Shown in pieces: positions 1 through 10,341 of a stretch of 64,000 bases of DNA (within the stretch, counting starts at the first letter, position 1; every line of letters begins with the position of its first letter). Under the pieces are notes generated by a model. The model was not told the DNA's origin. It searched no databases and saw only the letters and a program-made list of their open reading frames with translations. A program made the position numbers and the translations under genes. The DNA is from an uncultured delta proteobacterium (lineage in GTDB: Bacteria; Desulfobacterota; Desulfobacteria; Desulfobacterales; QNYZ01): positions 128,001 to 192,000 of the forward strand of contig CAWJQU010000004.1 of NCBI GenBank assembly GCA_963845145.1, written 5' to 3'.

Positions 1-264
1 GCCTACCTGGGAACGAGTATTCAAGTTGAATTGCACCCACTGGTCAATTTCCATATGACTGCCATCACAAATCTCAATGATCCCTCGGGTGTTATTCAAC
101 CTCGCATCACCTGGGATATAATTTCAAATTTCCAGATAACTGTCGGCGCCAACGGGTACTGGGGTAAGCGTAGTACTGAATTCGGCGGATTTTCGTCACC
201 ATTAGTCGAAGGACGGATTACCCCTCTTGATCATTCCTACGTTTGGCTCACCTATTTTTTTTGA
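1..264 (+). CDS. C-terminal part of a probable outer-membrane beta-barrel protein (partial, runs off window start)
   Basis: Frame is open from base 1 (AYLGTSIQVELHPL...); ends YVWLTYFF with a terminal aromatic residue and amphipathic strands. Confidence 0.5.
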   Translation, partial: AYLGTSIQVELHPLVNFHMTAITNLNDPSGVIQPRITWDIISNFQITVGANGYWGKRSTEFGGFSSPLVEGRITPLDHSYVWLTYFF

Positions 265-274
265 AAAGTAATCG

Positions 275-1285
275 GTGCTAAGTGGCATGGCTAATAAAAT
301 GAAGATCTTCGGTAAACAGATTTTCCTTTTGATATGCTTTTCGGGATGCTTTGGCCTGCTTATCGGCTTGGAATGCAGCCTGGCTGATACAATGAAAGCA
401 ACGTCGAAGATGGGTAGATCCACATTCGATGAGGCTCAATTAACGGGCCGCCTGGAGGATGACCGGCTAATCGAATGTTCCGGAATGGATATCTCTTTGT
501 CCACCGACGATCTTCTTTGGGCGGTTAATGATAGTGGCCAGGGGCCCTATATTTACGCTATGGGAAAGGATGGCCGCAGCCGGGGGCGTTTGCGGGTGGT
601 AGGTGCCCAAAATCGAGACTGGGAAGGGCTGGATACCTTTATGTGGCAAGGGCGCCCCATGATCCTTATTGCCGATTTTGGCGATAATCGGGCCCAGTAT
701 GATTTGCACACGCTTTATATTATTGAAGAACCCGTTCTTGACGGCGAACGTTTTCCTGATTCATCGATTGTTCAAGTGGCCTGGCGCATTGTTTACTCAT
801 ACCCGGACCGGAATCACGACGCCGAAAGTGTGGCCGTGGATGTTGCGGCTAAAAAGGTCTTAGTGCTGACCAAGCGTGACCTTCCGCCACTACTTTTTGA
901 GGTTCCCCTGATAATGCGTTCTTCAGACAACAGGGTCGTTGCGAAAAAAGTTGCGGAAATGGGGCGTATTCCGCCGCCTTTGGAAGAAGACATGGCTCAA
1001 AAGTATGGCAAATACCGAGCCCAGCCGACGGCCATGGATTTTTCTCCTGACGGCCGCCTTGCGGTCGTGCTGACCCACAAGGACGCCTACCTGTTTAAAC
1101 GTCGACCTCACGTATCCTGGGCCATCGCCTTTAGCGGTCATCCCGTATTGATTCCTTTACCCCTTCCCCAGGATCGGCATGATTTTCGCCAGCGGGAGGC
1201 AATTTGCTTCGCTCCCGGAGGCCATGATTTGCTGGTGACCTCCGAGGGTCTCGGCGCTGGAATATTTCGGCTAAAAGTTAGATGA
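275..1285 (+). CDS. Exported hypothetical protein, probable beta-propeller (SdiA-regulated/esterase-like repeats); start may be 287 or 299
   Basis: N-terminal hydrophobic segment; repeated ECSG / DWEG / DAESV / QREAI blade-like motifs; ADFGDN. Confidence 0.55.
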   Translation: MLSGMANKMKIFGKQIFLLICFSGCFGLLIGLECSLADTMKATSKMGRSTFDEAQLTGRLEDDRLIECSGMDISLSTDDLLWAVNDSGQGPYIYAMGKDGRSRGRLRVVGAQNRDWEGLDTFMWQGRPMILIADFGDNRAQYDLHTLYIIEEPVLDGERFPDSSIVQVAWRIVYSYPDRNHDAESVAVDVAAKKVLVLTKRDLPPLLFEVPLIMRSSDNRVVAKKVAEMGRIPPPLEEDMAQKYGKYRAQPTAMDFSPDGRLAVVLTHKDAYLFKRRPHVSWAIAFSGHPVLIPLPLPQDRHDFRQREAICFAPGGHDLLVTSEGLGAGIFRLKVR

Positions 1286-1351
1286 TGCGGGCCCGGATGG
1301 ACGGGTCATAGACACCTTGGGAAATCGGGTGGTGTCGGAGGCGCGTCGCCG

Positions 1352-1747
1352 TTACAAAAACTGCAACCGTGACAGGAAGTCCTCAAACCCCTTATCGGGG
1401 ACTTGTTGCCACGGCAGGGTCGGGAAAAACTGAAGGGTGGCGTGGACATCCGGAGCGAATACTTTACCCGATCTAATCTGCGGGTTAGGCAGGCGGTATT
1501 TATGATTTTTGGCCAGGTCGAGAATGAGGTCGATGTCATCGCCTTCATCCAGCAGGTCGACCAGAAGATGGTTGGCGATGGTGGCAAAGCCCTTTAACTG
1601 GCGGCCCCCACCCCTGCCGGTATAGATCTCGATGAAGGTGTCGCCCAGCGCTACGGCATGGGTGTCGTTGGGGGTGACCAGAAAGGCCCGTTCGGACAGA
1701 TACTGACCCTCATCGAAAATAATCCAATCCTTGGAAGTATCACTCAC
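1352..1747 (-). CDS. Hypothetical protein
   Basis: 131-aa ORF overlapping the stop of the upstream RNase Z-like gene, consistent with translational coupling. Confidence 0.6.
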   Translation of the reverse strand: MSDTSKDWIIFDEGQYLSERAFLVTPNDTHAVALGDTFIEIYTGRGGGRQLKGFATIANHLLVDLLDEGDDIDLILDLAKNHKYRLPNPQIRSGKVFAPDVHATLQFFPTLPWQQVPDKGFEDFLSRLQFL

Positions 1748-2516
1748 GCGATTCTCCGATCGTCAGCGTTTCACCGGGTTCGGGCAAAAAGGCGTGGATA
1801 TCTTCCAGCTTTCCAAGTTGACGGCGAACTTCGTCAGCATGCTCTTTTCGAACCCGGCGGTTCATATGGACCAGGGCCAGATGCCTGGCCTTGGCTTTAT
1901 TGGCAAAAGCGATACATCCGTCCACCGTCCCGTGTGCATCGAGCATCGGTTCGAGACCGTAAGCCTCATGAACAATCAGTTGGCACCCCCGGGCCAAAAG
2001 ACCGGTTTTTTCGGAAGGCCGGCCATCTCCACTGTAGTACATGGCTACGGATTTTGAATCGAGACGCAGGCCCAGGCAGGGTTTTGAATGCATGGTGGGC
2101 GCAAAGGACCAGCCAAGACCCAGTAGGTTCAGGTCTTGTCCGGGGTGGGCTTCGATATAGTTAATCTCGAAGCTGAGCTTGGCACTAAATCCCGGATAGG
2201 CCAGCTCCATTGCTGCCCTGACCTTATTTTCGACACCACTCTGGCCCACAATCGTTAGCGGCCTGGATCTTTGTTCTTCCCAGAAACGTAGCAGAAGCAG
2301 GGGCACCCCGAAAAAATGATCGCCATGGAAATGGGAAAGCCAGAGGGCGTCTAAATTCATTGGGTCCGGTGAGGTTTGCCAGAACGCATGGGCGGCCGTA
2401 AAGCCGCAGTCTAGCAGGATCTGTTTTTGGGGAGAACCATCGGGCAAAACGATAAGCGACGTATTGGAGAGCCTTTCATCAAAGGCTTCGCCGACACCTG
2501 AAAAAATAATCTGCAT
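1740..2516 (-). CDS. Ribonuclease Z-like MBL-fold metallo-hydrolase
   Basis: LLDCG, SHFHGDH, YSGDG, HEA and LVH motifs. Confidence 0.8.
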   Translation of the reverse strand: MQIIFSGVGEAFDERLSNTSLIVLPDGSPQKQILLDCGFTAAHAFWQTSPDPMNLDALWLSHFHGDHFFGVPLLLLRFWEEQRSRPLTIVGQSGVENKVRAAMELAYPGFSAKLSFEINYIEAHPGQDLNLLGLGWSFAPTMHSKPCLGLRLDSKSVAMYYSGDGRPSEKTGLLARGCQLIVHEAYGLEPMLDAHGTVDGCIAFANKAKARHLALVHMNRRVRKEHADEVRRQLGKLEDIHAFLPEPGETLTIGESRE

Positions 2517-2534
2517 AGGCTGCTTTTTCCGATG

Positions 2535-4289
2535 CTACTTGTTGGGTCGTTTCTGTTTTTTACGACGCGGAGGCGCCGCCTTCATCTGTTTTTCAATTTT
2601 GGCCCAGGCATCCCTCAGGGTCACGGTACGATTGATGACGGGTTTGCCGGGCTTTGAATCTTCCAGATCCATAATAAAGTACCCCAGTCGCTCAAACTGA
2701 AAGCCCATATCGGGCGGCATATCGGCCAGGGCCGGTTCCAGCTTGCACCGGGATAGGACTTCCAACGATCGGGGATTTAAGTGCTCGGTATACTCCTTTT
2801 CGGAATCGCCCACCGGGTCGGGCACTGAAAACAAGCGGTCGTACAGGCGCACCTCGGCATCAATGGCGTGCGGCGCCGATACCCAGTGGAGCGTCGCCTT
2901 GACTTTACGCCCATCCGGAGCCCCACCGCCTTTGGTCTCGGGATCATAGGTGCAGTGCAGTTCGATGACCTCGCCCGTCTCTTTATCTTTAATGACATCC
3001 GTGCAGGTAACATAATACGCATACCGTAACCGCACTTCCCGTCCCGGCGCCAGTCGGAAAAATTTCTTGGGTGGATCTTCTAAAAAATCATCCCGCTCGA
3101 TAAAAAGAGTGTTGGAAAACGGTACCTGCCGGGTCCCTGCGTGTTCATCTTCCGGGTTGTTAATGGCCTCAAGCCACTCTTCCTTGCCTTCGGGGTAGTT
3201 AACGATGACGACTTTCAAGGGCCGCAATACCCCCATGCGCCGAGGCGCTGTGCGATTTAACTCCTCGCGAATACTGCTTTCCAGCAAGCTCACATCCACC
3301 CGGCTATCCCGCCTGGCCACACCAATACGTTGACAAAAATAGCGAATGGCCGCAGGTGTATACCCTCGCCGTTTAAACCCCGACAAAGTCGGCATACGGG
3401 GATCGTCCCAACTGTCGACATGACCCTCTTTGACCAGTTGAATCAGTTTGCGCTTGCTAAGAACGGTATAGCTTAGATTCATTCGTGCAAATTCATATTG
3501 GCGGGGGCGCGCCGGAACTTTCAGATTATCCAGCACCCAGTCGTACAATTCGCGGTTATTCTCAAATTCCAGGGTACAGACGGAGTGGGTGACCCCTTCG
3601 ATGGCGTCTGACAGACAATGGGCAAAGTCATACATGGGATAAATACACCATTGATCCCCGGTGCGATGGTGGCTGACGTTGCGAATTCGGTAGAGCGTGG
3701 GATCGCGCATAATCATATTCGGTGCAGCCATATTTATTTTGGCTCGCAGGACACAGGCACCCTCCTCAAACTCACCAGCGCGCATGCGGCGAAACAGGTC
3801 CAGGTTTTCGTCCACACTTCGGTCCCGATAAGGACTGTTGGTACCCGGTTCGGTCAGGGTACCTCGATAGCGGCGGGTTTCATCGGATGACAGATCATCC
3901 ACATAAGCTTTGCCGGCTTGAATCAATTGTTCGGCAAAATCATACAATTTTTGAAAATAATTGGAGGCAAAATACAACCGATCCTCCCAATCAAATCCGA
4001 GCCAGGCCACATCGGCCTTGATCGACTCGACATATTCGATCTCTTCTTTGGCGGGATTCGTATCGTCGAACCGCAGGTTACAGACGCCGTTGAATTCATT
4101 TGCCAGACCGAAATTGAGGCAGATGGATTTAGCATGGCCGATGTGCAAATATCCGTTGGGTTCCGGCGGAAATCGGGTCATGACACGACCGTTATGGGCA
4201 TCGTCGGCAAGATCGTTTTTGATGATGTCCCGAATAAAGTTGGGCGGGAGGTGCGTATTTTCTTTAGATTGAGCGGGTGTCTGCTTCAT
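2535..4289 (-). CDS. glnS: Glutamine--tRNA ligase
   Basis: [16 protein letters not shown] (HIGH), [23 protein letters not shown]. Confidence 0.97.
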   Translation of the reverse strand: MKQTPAQSKENTHLPPNFIRDIIKNDLADDAHNGRVMTRFPPEPNGYLHIGHAKSICLNFGLANEFNGVCNLRFDDTNPAKEEIEYVESIKADVAWLGFDWEDRLYFASNYFQKLYDFAEQLIQAGKAYVDDLSSDETRRYRGTLTEPGTNSPYRDRSVDENLDLFRRMRAGEFEEGACVLRAKINMAAPNMIMRDPTLYRIRNVSHHRTGDQWCIYPMYDFAHCLSDAIEGVTHSVCTLEFENNRELYDWVLDNLKVPARPRQYEFARMNLSYTVLSKRKLIQLVKEGHVDSWDDPRMPTLSGFKRRGYTPAAIRYFCQRIGVARRDSRVDVSLLESSIREELNRTAPRRMGVLRPLKVVIVNYPEGKEEWLEAINNPEDEHAGTRQVPFSNTLFIERDDFLEDPPKKFFRLAPGREVRLRYAYYVTCTDVIKDKETGEVIELHCTYDPETKGGGAPDGRKVKATLHWVSAPHAIDAEVRLYDRLFSVPDPVGDSEKEYTEHLNPRSLEVLSRCKLEPALADMPPDMGFQFERLGYFIMDLEDSKPGKPVINRTVTLRDAWAKIEKQMKAAPPRRKKQKRPNK

Positions 4290-4396
4290 AAAATTATCGT
4301 ATCCTAGGTTGTCGATGTTATCGCTGTTTGGGCTTATTGCGAACCATAATCCCGGACCTGATTACAATGTTGAGACCTGATTAAATTTTAACTGAT

Positions 4397-4548
4397 GAGC
4401 CAATTTCAAAACGCCCCAGTTTGCCCAACCTCTGTGTCAGGCTCAAATTTTATTCCTCGAAATACTCAATGTATTCCTGTGGTTAATCCGCCTGAGGCGG
4501 ATCGCCTTCCTTGATCTTGAACAAACTGAAACGTTTTGAAAATGGCTC
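4397..4548. mobile_element. MITE-like non-autonomous element (152 bp)
   Basis: 17-bp terminal inverted repeats gagccaatttcaaaacg / cgttttgaaaatggctc (1 mismatch), flanked by TGAT on both sides (4393-4396, 4549-4552); internal hairpin atccgcc-tga-ggcggat at 4486-4502. Confidence 0.75.
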
Positions 4549-4553
4549 TGATT

Positions 4554-5417
4554 TCAGGCAAAAACGATACCGGCATATCCCACAAAACTGTCGTCAGGAT
4601 TTTTGTCATGACTGGAAGCGTATGCGGTGGTTTCTGCTGTTGTGGCGCCCAGTGTCTTAGCCGCTGCTACAGCTCCTGCAGCAGCCCCCGCGCAACATGC
4701 ATTGTGATGGGTCTGGGCTTCATCAATGATCTTGATCGGATCCATGGCGAGCATGGCCTCGATCACGCGCCGGTCGTTTTCATCACGGGCCCATTTAAGG
4801 GCGGATGGCCCTGAGCCTTTGGGCATAAACCCGTAATTATAACCATAGTGGGTCAAATCGGTGGAACCGATCACTTTCATCTTCAGGCCCAACTGAGTCG
4901 CCGCATCAACGGTGGCCCGGGCAATGTCCAAAGATGATGCCACCGGCGGTAACCCGATGGCCAATATGTCGGCTTTCGGAAAAAAATATTTGATAAATGG
5001 GAGCTGCAATTCGATGGTGTTATCCTTGGTAAAATTGCTCGGCGTTTCGATTCTAAAAGTAAATTGATCGCACAACGCCTGGGCCAAGGCCGTGTGAACC
5101 GGCATCAAGCCAAAGGGTGTTTCCCAAGCCCCTTCGGCCATCATGTAGTTAGGCGATTGGGGGTGAAGATGCATACCGAACACAACGACCACATCCGGCG
5201 GGTCGGTATTGGCCAGCCGGTGAATGACGTCACAGGCGATCTCGCCCGAAAAAAACCAGCCGGCATGGGGTACGATACCCCCTGAATATCCCGGTGTCGC
5301 CGTGGTTTCATGGGTACTTTTTTTTAAATATTTTCGAATTTCAGACTCGCAGGCCTGCGGGGAGTCCGGATACCAGCTGCCGGCAAATACCGCCTGTCTC
5401 GTTTTCAAAACCATCAC
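4554..5417 (-). CDS. amrB: AmmeMemoRadiSam system protein B (MEMO1 family)
   Basis: AGSWYP, PHAGWFFSG, WETPFG, IELQLPF, STDLTHYG, VGYAG. Confidence 0.85.
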   Translation of the reverse strand: MMVLKTRQAVFAGSWYPDSPQACESEIRKYLKKSTHETTATPGYSGGIVPHAGWFFSGEIACDVIHRLANTDPPDVVVVFGMHLHPQSPNYMMAEGAWETPFGLMPVHTALAQALCDQFTFRIETPSNFTKDNTIELQLPFIKYFFPKADILAIGLPPVASSLDIARATVDAATQLGLKMKVIGSTDLTHYGYNYGFMPKGSGPSALKWARDENDRRVIEAMLAMDPIKIIDEAQTHHNACCAGAAAGAVAAAKTLGATTAETTAYASSHDKNPDDSFVGYAGIVFA

Positions 5418-5720
5418 CTCCTATCGATTGGTTATCACGCCTTTATAAATGATAGTCCTGCAAAAACCAAACATATGCTTAAAATGGTTTGGGCCGTATC
5501 CATCTCTTTTATACAACTGTTTAGGTACCCAAAGTGATCAACATAGGCAAGGTCCGAATCGCCCCGGATACTATTAATTCTAAGACATCCATTGAAATAA
5601 GTCGAGTATTTTTCCAATCATTCTTGACGAATGCGTTTTGGCCGATGAAACTGGGCATCGCCTTGCCCACACCCATCATTCAGAGAAACAATCATTTTAT
5701 ATCTCTATTTCTTTCCGTCC

Positions 5721-5745
5721 GTAGGGGCACCCCTTGTGGGTGCCC
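5721..5745 (+). repeat. GTAG-type REP palindrome
   Basis: gtag-gggcaccc-cttgt-gggtgccc: GTAG tetranucleotide followed by a perfect 8-bp stem, intergenic. Confidence 0.65.
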
Positions 5746-5890
5746 ATGCCCCTCGTGCGGGATCGGAAAAATAGATACGAGCCCCAAAGCGCGGCCGGTC
5801 CGACCTTGACTTTGGGCGGATAATTGACGATATATTTGCCGTGTGTGTGCCTCCAATTCGTGTTTTAGCCCTAATAGCGGAGCGGATCGA

Positions 5891-7429
5891 ATGATAAACC
5901 AAGATAGTGACACCTGGTTCCTACCGGAAACGATATCACCGGATGCGCTGATTAAAAAACTCGCCAAAAAGGTCCAAGTGCAAATCGGTCTGCAACCAAA
6001 AAAAACCGTGACCTATTACGACACCTTTGACTGGCGGTTATACCGAAAAAAATATTTGTTCGATCGAACCAAGCATACCTGGCACCTGATTCAGTACGAC
6101 ACCGGCGAGCGGATCGCAATCTTTAAAGACGCCGATCCTTCGCCCCGGTTGTTTGCCCATTCGTTTTCCAATGATCCTTTGAAGTCCATCATGAAGGAGA
6201 CTTTAGGGGGTCGACGCTTGCTCCCGCTGGTTACCTTCGATGTGCAATCGCAACGGGTTCGAATCCTCAATGCGGACCAAAAAACCGTCGCCCATATTGA
6301 AATAGCTACCCGGACAGGCCCGGTTAATGGGGAATTTTTTAACACGGTGACGCTTAGGGGGGTGCGTGGATATGCCGCTATCCCCAAAAAAATAATGGGT
6401 TCCCTTCGTCGCTGGGGCATTGTCGATCCGGTGCCGCCGCTTTTCTTTTTTACCCATGGCGTTGAAATTCAAGGTCGCTCTCCCGGAGATTATACCGCCA
6501 AGTTTTCGATTGAATTGGACCCCGCCATTTCCACGCGACTGGCGGCCGTGGCGATTTTCAGACAATTATTGACGACCATGCGAAAGAATGAAGAGGGGAT
6601 TGCAAAAGATATCGACCCAGAGTTTTTACATGATTTTCGCGTAGCCATGCGGCGGACCCGTTCCGGTCTCTCCCAAATGCAGGGCGCATTACCGCCGAAA
6701 ATAACGAAAAAAATACAAAACGAATTGGCTGATTTGGGAAAAATAACGGGTCCCACCCGGGATCTGGACGTTTACCTGCTATATGTACAGGGCTATATGG
6801 CCCGCCTGCCCGGTGAGCTTCGGGAAGGGATGACCGTATTTTTTACCGATATGAGCGATCGCCGTCGGCAGGAATGGGAAAAGATGGTGAAGGCACTAAA
6901 GTCTTCCCGCTATCAGCGTATTATCGGTGACTGGCAAGCATACCTCGATGGGGATGTCACCAATGACCCGTCCAGGCATTCCCAAAGACCGGTGGCTGTG
7001 TATGCCCGTAAAATTATTTATCGTCGTTTTAAACGGATCATTAAAAAGGGCTGCGTTATCGGGCCGGATTCGCCGGATGCGGATTTACATCGCCTTCGGA
7101 TTCAATGCAAAAAACTTCGCTACAGCCTGGAATTTTTTACATCGCTCTTTCCTGCCGGGGGCGTGGCCGAAGGGATTCGGCAGCTAAAGCGGTTGCAGAG
7201 TCACCTGGGCGATTTTAATGACATATCGGTACAACAAAATATGTTGCAGGCGTATCTGGCCGCCGTCAAACCGGGGTCCAAACGAAATCTGAAACTGACG
7301 GCCGCTATCGGTGGCCTGCTAACTGTTCACAGTCAGGAGAAGCGGGGTATTCGCAAGCGGTTTACCACGGTATTCGGTGAATTCTCCAGATCGAAAAATC
7401 GGAATCTTTTTTCGAAGCTTTTTAATTAA
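5891..7429 (+). CDS. CHAD-domain protein with CYTH-like N-terminus (polyphosphate-binding)
   Basis: YYDTFDWRLY N-terminus; LHDFRVAMRRTRS, RDLDV, LHRLRIQCKKLRY and LQSHLGDFND CHAD motifs. Confidence 0.85.
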   Translation: MINQDSDTWFLPETISPDALIKKLAKKVQVQIGLQPKKTVTYYDTFDWRLYRKKYLFDRTKHTWHLIQYDTGERIAIFKDADPSPRLFAHSFSNDPLKSIMKETLGGRRLLPLVTFDVQSQRVRILNADQKTVAHIEIATRTGPVNGEFFNTVTLRGVRGYAAIPKKIMGSLRRWGIVDPVPPLFFFTHGVEIQGRSPGDYTAKFSIELDPAISTRLAAVAIFRQLLTTMRKNEEGIAKDIDPEFLHDFRVAMRRTRSGLSQMQGALPPKITKKIQNELADLGKITGPTRDLDVYLLYVQGYMARLPGELREGMTVFFTDMSDRRRQEWEKMVKALKSSRYQRIIGDWQAYLDGDVTNDPSRHSQRPVAVYARKIIYRRFKRIIKKGCVIGPDSPDADLHRLRIQCKKLRYSLEFFTSLFPAGGVAEGIRQLKRLQSHLGDFNDISVQQNMLQAYLAAVKPGSKRNLKLTAAIGGLLTVHSQEKRGIRKRFTTVFGEFSRSKNRNLFSKLFN

Positions 7430-7461
7430 TCTATGCCATGCGCCAACCGGGAGGATTTTAA

Positions 7462-8208
7462 ATGAGCATCATCGCGGTATCGAACATCAAGGGAGGGGTC
7501 GGTAAAACGGCGACTTCGGTCAACTTGGCCTACCTGGCCTCGGCGGATGGCCTCAATACCTTGCTTTGCGATATGGATTCCCAGGGATCGGCTTCCTACT
7601 ACTTTAGAATTCGCCCGAAAAAGAAGTTCAACACGAAGAAATTCCTGATGGGCGGTAAACATATTGATCGCAATATTAGGGGCACTGATTATCCGGGCCT
7701 TGATCTTCTACCGGCGGATTTTTCATTTCGCAATATTGATATCGTTCTGGATAAAATGAAAAAACCGACCCGGCGATTTGGTAAAATATTCGACCCTTTA
7801 AAAAAAGAGTATGGCCGAATTTTTATTGATTGTCCCCCCAATGTCACCCTGTTGTTTGAAAACATATTTCACACGGCGGATATGATTCTCGTTCCCGTGA
7901 TACCCACGACATTGTCCTTGCTGGCGTTACGGAAGCTGGCGGGTTTTTTAAAACAGATCGATCAGAAGCAATCCAAGATGCGAATCTTTTTTTCCATGGT
8001 GGAAAAACGGAAAAAAATGCATATTGAAACGATGCGGCAAATCGTCAAGGAATTTCGTGTCCTGCCCATTTATATTCCATATATGGCGGATGTGGAAAAA
8101 ATGGGTTTTTATCGCCAGCCGATTACGGCGGCCATGCCCCGTTCGCTGGCCACAAGGGCTTATCAGAAACTATGGGTTGAAATTCAAAAAACGCTTGATC
8201 CTTCATGA
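7462..8208 (+). CDS. ParA/Soj family ATPase (orphan, no parB)
   Basis: Deviant Walker A KGGVGKT, DMDSQG, IDCPP; RBS ggagg upstream. Confidence 0.9.
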   Translation: MSIIAVSNIKGGVGKTATSVNLAYLASADGLNTLLCDMDSQGSASYYFRIRPKKKFNTKKFLMGGKHIDRNIRGTDYPGLDLLPADFSFRNIDIVLDKMKKPTRRFGKIFDPLKKEYGRIFIDCPPNVTLLFENIFHTADMILVPVIPTTLSLLALRKLAGFLKQIDQKQSKMRIFFSMVEKRKKMHIETMRQIVKEFRVLPIYIPYMADVEKMGFYRQPITAAMPRSLATRAYQKLWVEIQKTLDPS

Positions 8209-8259
8209 AAGCCTTACTGGGTCCCGGGAATTAAGCCGCTTCAAAATAACGAAACCAAA

Positions 8260-8301
8260 TAGATCGTTTGGTAGATCCTTTGGTAAATCCTTTGGCAGAT
8301 C
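8260..8301. repeat. 12-bp tandem repeat, about 3.5 copies
   Basis: tagatcgtttgg tagatcctttgg taaatcctttgg cagatc. Confidence 0.8.
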
Positions 8302-8327
8302 TATCCGCCTCTATTATAGGTGTAGAT

Positions 8328-8879
8328 ATGGTTAAAGATTGGCAGGTGCTTGAACGCCACCGGACGGAAGATTATCGACTGTTCCAAATCGAAACCAAAA
8401 AGGTGCGGTCGCCCCGGACCCACGCGGAAATGGAAGTGCAGGCGATTCATTTTCCCGATTGGGTGGTTGTTTTACCCATTACCATGGATCAAAAGGTCGT
8501 CATGGTTAGGCAATACCGGCACGGTAATGAAAAAATATGTCTGGAACTACCCGGCGGCCTGGTTGACCCGGAAGATGACTCCCCACTTTCGGCCGTTGGC
8601 AGAGAACTCTCAGAAGAGACCGGCTATGTGGCCAAAAAGATCGTCAGGCTTGGCAAAACGTATCCCCAGCCGGCGGTATTAAGTAATCGCTGTTTTTTCT
8701 ATCTGGCCGAAGACGTTACGCCGGTGGGCCAAGTTTCCCTGGATGCTGGGGAGGATATTGGTCTCGTCCTTGTGCCTCTTGATACCATCACGGATAAAAT
8801 AAGGTGTCTGGATATCGACAATGCCATGACGATCCTTGCTTTTTCCTATTTTTTTAATAGTGATTTTCGAACAGAGTAG
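8328..8879 (+). CDS. NUDIX hydrolase (ADP-ribose pyrophosphatase-like)
   Basis: VRQYRH, ELPGG...RELSEETG Nudix box. Confidence 0.9.
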   Translation: MVKDWQVLERHRTEDYRLFQIETKKVRSPRTHAEMEVQAIHFPDWVVVLPITMDQKVVMVRQYRHGNEKICLELPGGLVDPEDDSPLSAVGRELSEETGYVAKKIVRLGKTYPQPAVLSNRCFFYLAEDVTPVGQVSLDAGEDIGLVLVPLDTITDKIRCLDIDNAMTILAFSYFFNSDFRTE

Positions 8880-8911
8880 ATTTGGATGGAAAACGGAATG
8901 TTGACACTTAA

Positions 8912-8958
8912 TCTTGAGCCAAATCAAGGTCTTGATCCAAATCAGGATCTTGAGCCAA
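8912..8958. repeat. 18-bp tandem repeat, about 2.6 copies
   Basis: tcttgagccaaatcaagg tcttgatccaaatcagga tcttgagccaa. Confidence 0.75.
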
Positions 8959-8965
8959 GCCAGCG

Positions 8966-9679
8966 ATGGGTATGACACCATCTGACAGGCACAGGTTTAT
9001 CGTATCGGCAGTGATGTTCGACCTTGACGGAACATTGATCGATTCCATCAATGTATACTTCAAGGTCGTGGAAACGGTTTTGAAAAAACTAGCGCTTCCA
9101 CCGGTATCCCGGAAGGAGATTCATGCCGCGGTTGAAGACGGCCGATTTAATTGGCATCGGGTGATACCGGAATATTTAAAAGACGAAGCCGATGCGTTGG
9201 TAGCGCGCCTGATACCCCTTGCCAGAGAAGTTTACCCCGGAATCTTTCGTCGAGAGGTCGGTTTTTTTAAAGGGGTGCCAAAACTGCTGGCTCATATCAA
9301 TGGGATGGGGGTAAAAACCGCCATTGTCACCGCAACGCCCAGTGATAACATGGCGGAAAAATACCGGTTGCTTGAGACACAAGGTGTGGCTAAAAACATC
9401 GCCACGGTTGTTACCAACGATGATGCCCCTCGACCCAAGCCGGCACCGGATACCTTATTGGAATGTTGTCGGCGACTGGCCGTGAATCCCCGACAGACCG
9501 TATACGTTGGTGATACGGCGTTAGATATTCAGGCCGGAAAGGCCGCCAAGGCGATGACGGCGGGCGTCCTCACCGGATTTGATGACCGAAAAACCTTAAA
9601 ACGAGAACATCCTGATATTATCGTTGAGCAGGTGACAAACCTGAGTGATATGGTTATTAAATTTAATAATATAGACTAA
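8966..9679 (+). CDS. HAD-family phosphatase (phosphoglycolate phosphatase-like)
   Basis: FDLDGTLIDS, KPAP, YVGDTALDIQAG. Confidence 0.9.
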   Translation: MGMTPSDRHRFIVSAVMFDLDGTLIDSINVYFKVVETVLKKLALPPVSRKEIHAAVEDGRFNWHRVIPEYLKDEADALVARLIPLAREVYPGIFRREVGFFKGVPKLLAHINGMGVKTAIVTATPSDNMAEKYRLLETQGVAKNIATVVTNDDAPRPKPAPDTLLECCRRLAVNPRQTVYVGDTALDIQAGKAAKAMTAGVLTGFDDRKTLKREHPDIIVEQVTNLSDMVIKFNNID

Positions 9680-9731
9680 TCGTTTGACCCAGTAGCTGTC
9701 GGTTACCCTGTCCGGCCAAAAAGGAGCACCT

Positions 9732-10250
9732 TTGGACCTCTCTTTATTCGAACAGATGGAAGCACCTGAACTTCGAAAGTACATCGCCTTTTTATTGTGG
9801 CATTATCGGGTGGTGGATGCATTTTGGTACTTGAATATTGCCGGTGAATTCGATGAGGCTAAAGCGGATCAGATCAACGAAAAAGTGTGGGGTAAGGTTG
9901 CCGGTATGGCCGCCCGGGACCTGGTCGAGCGTTTCGGCATCCATGAAACCGGACTAAAAGGCTTTGTCAAAGCGTTGCGGTATTTTCCCTGGTGTATATT
10001 GGTCGGTTATGAGATCAAAATAGAACCGGAGGCGGTATTGATCCATGTGCCGTCTTGCCCCACCCAGGCAGCGCGTGTTCGTCGCGGGTTACCGGAATAT
10101 GCTTGTAAGGAGATGCACCGAAGGGAATTTGCAAGCTTTGCCGCGGAAATCGATCCGAAAATACGCGTTCAATGCCTCTTTGCGCCCCCCGATCCCCATC
10201 CCGAGGAGATGCATTGTCAATGGCGATTTATCATTGATGGTGACGAATGA
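9732..10250 (+). CDS. DUF6125-like protein (Cys/His metal-binding)
   Basis: TTG start after aaggag [34 protein letters not shown]...CQWRF. Confidence 0.65.
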   Translation: MDLSLFEQMEAPELRKYIAFLLWHYRVVDAFWYLNIAGEFDEAKADQINEKVWGKVAGMAARDLVERFGIHETGLKGFVKALRYFPWCILVGYEIKIEPEAVLIHVPSCPTQAARVRRGLPEYACKEMHRREFASFAAEIDPKIRVQCLFAPPDPHPEEMHCQWRFIIDGDE

Positions 10251-10341
10251 GCCTTTATGGGATGGATTTCTGTACGAATCGTTAGACAATAAACCATATG
10301 GATGTCATTTCATACATCTTATAAAGCCTATGGGTGGATAT

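Noticed and set aside
1658..2164. Long antisense or overlapping ORFs in the track (also 52444-53016, 51000-51461, 22665-23150)
   Set aside because: They are shadows of well-supported genes on the other strand or frame and carry no family motifs.
4355..4383. 10-bp direct repeat gacctgatta upstream of glnS
   Set aside because: Two copies only; no evidence of function.
8260..8958. Short repeats considered as a CRISPR array
   Set aside because: Units are 12 and 18 bp, directly adjacent with no unique spacers, and no cas genes are present.
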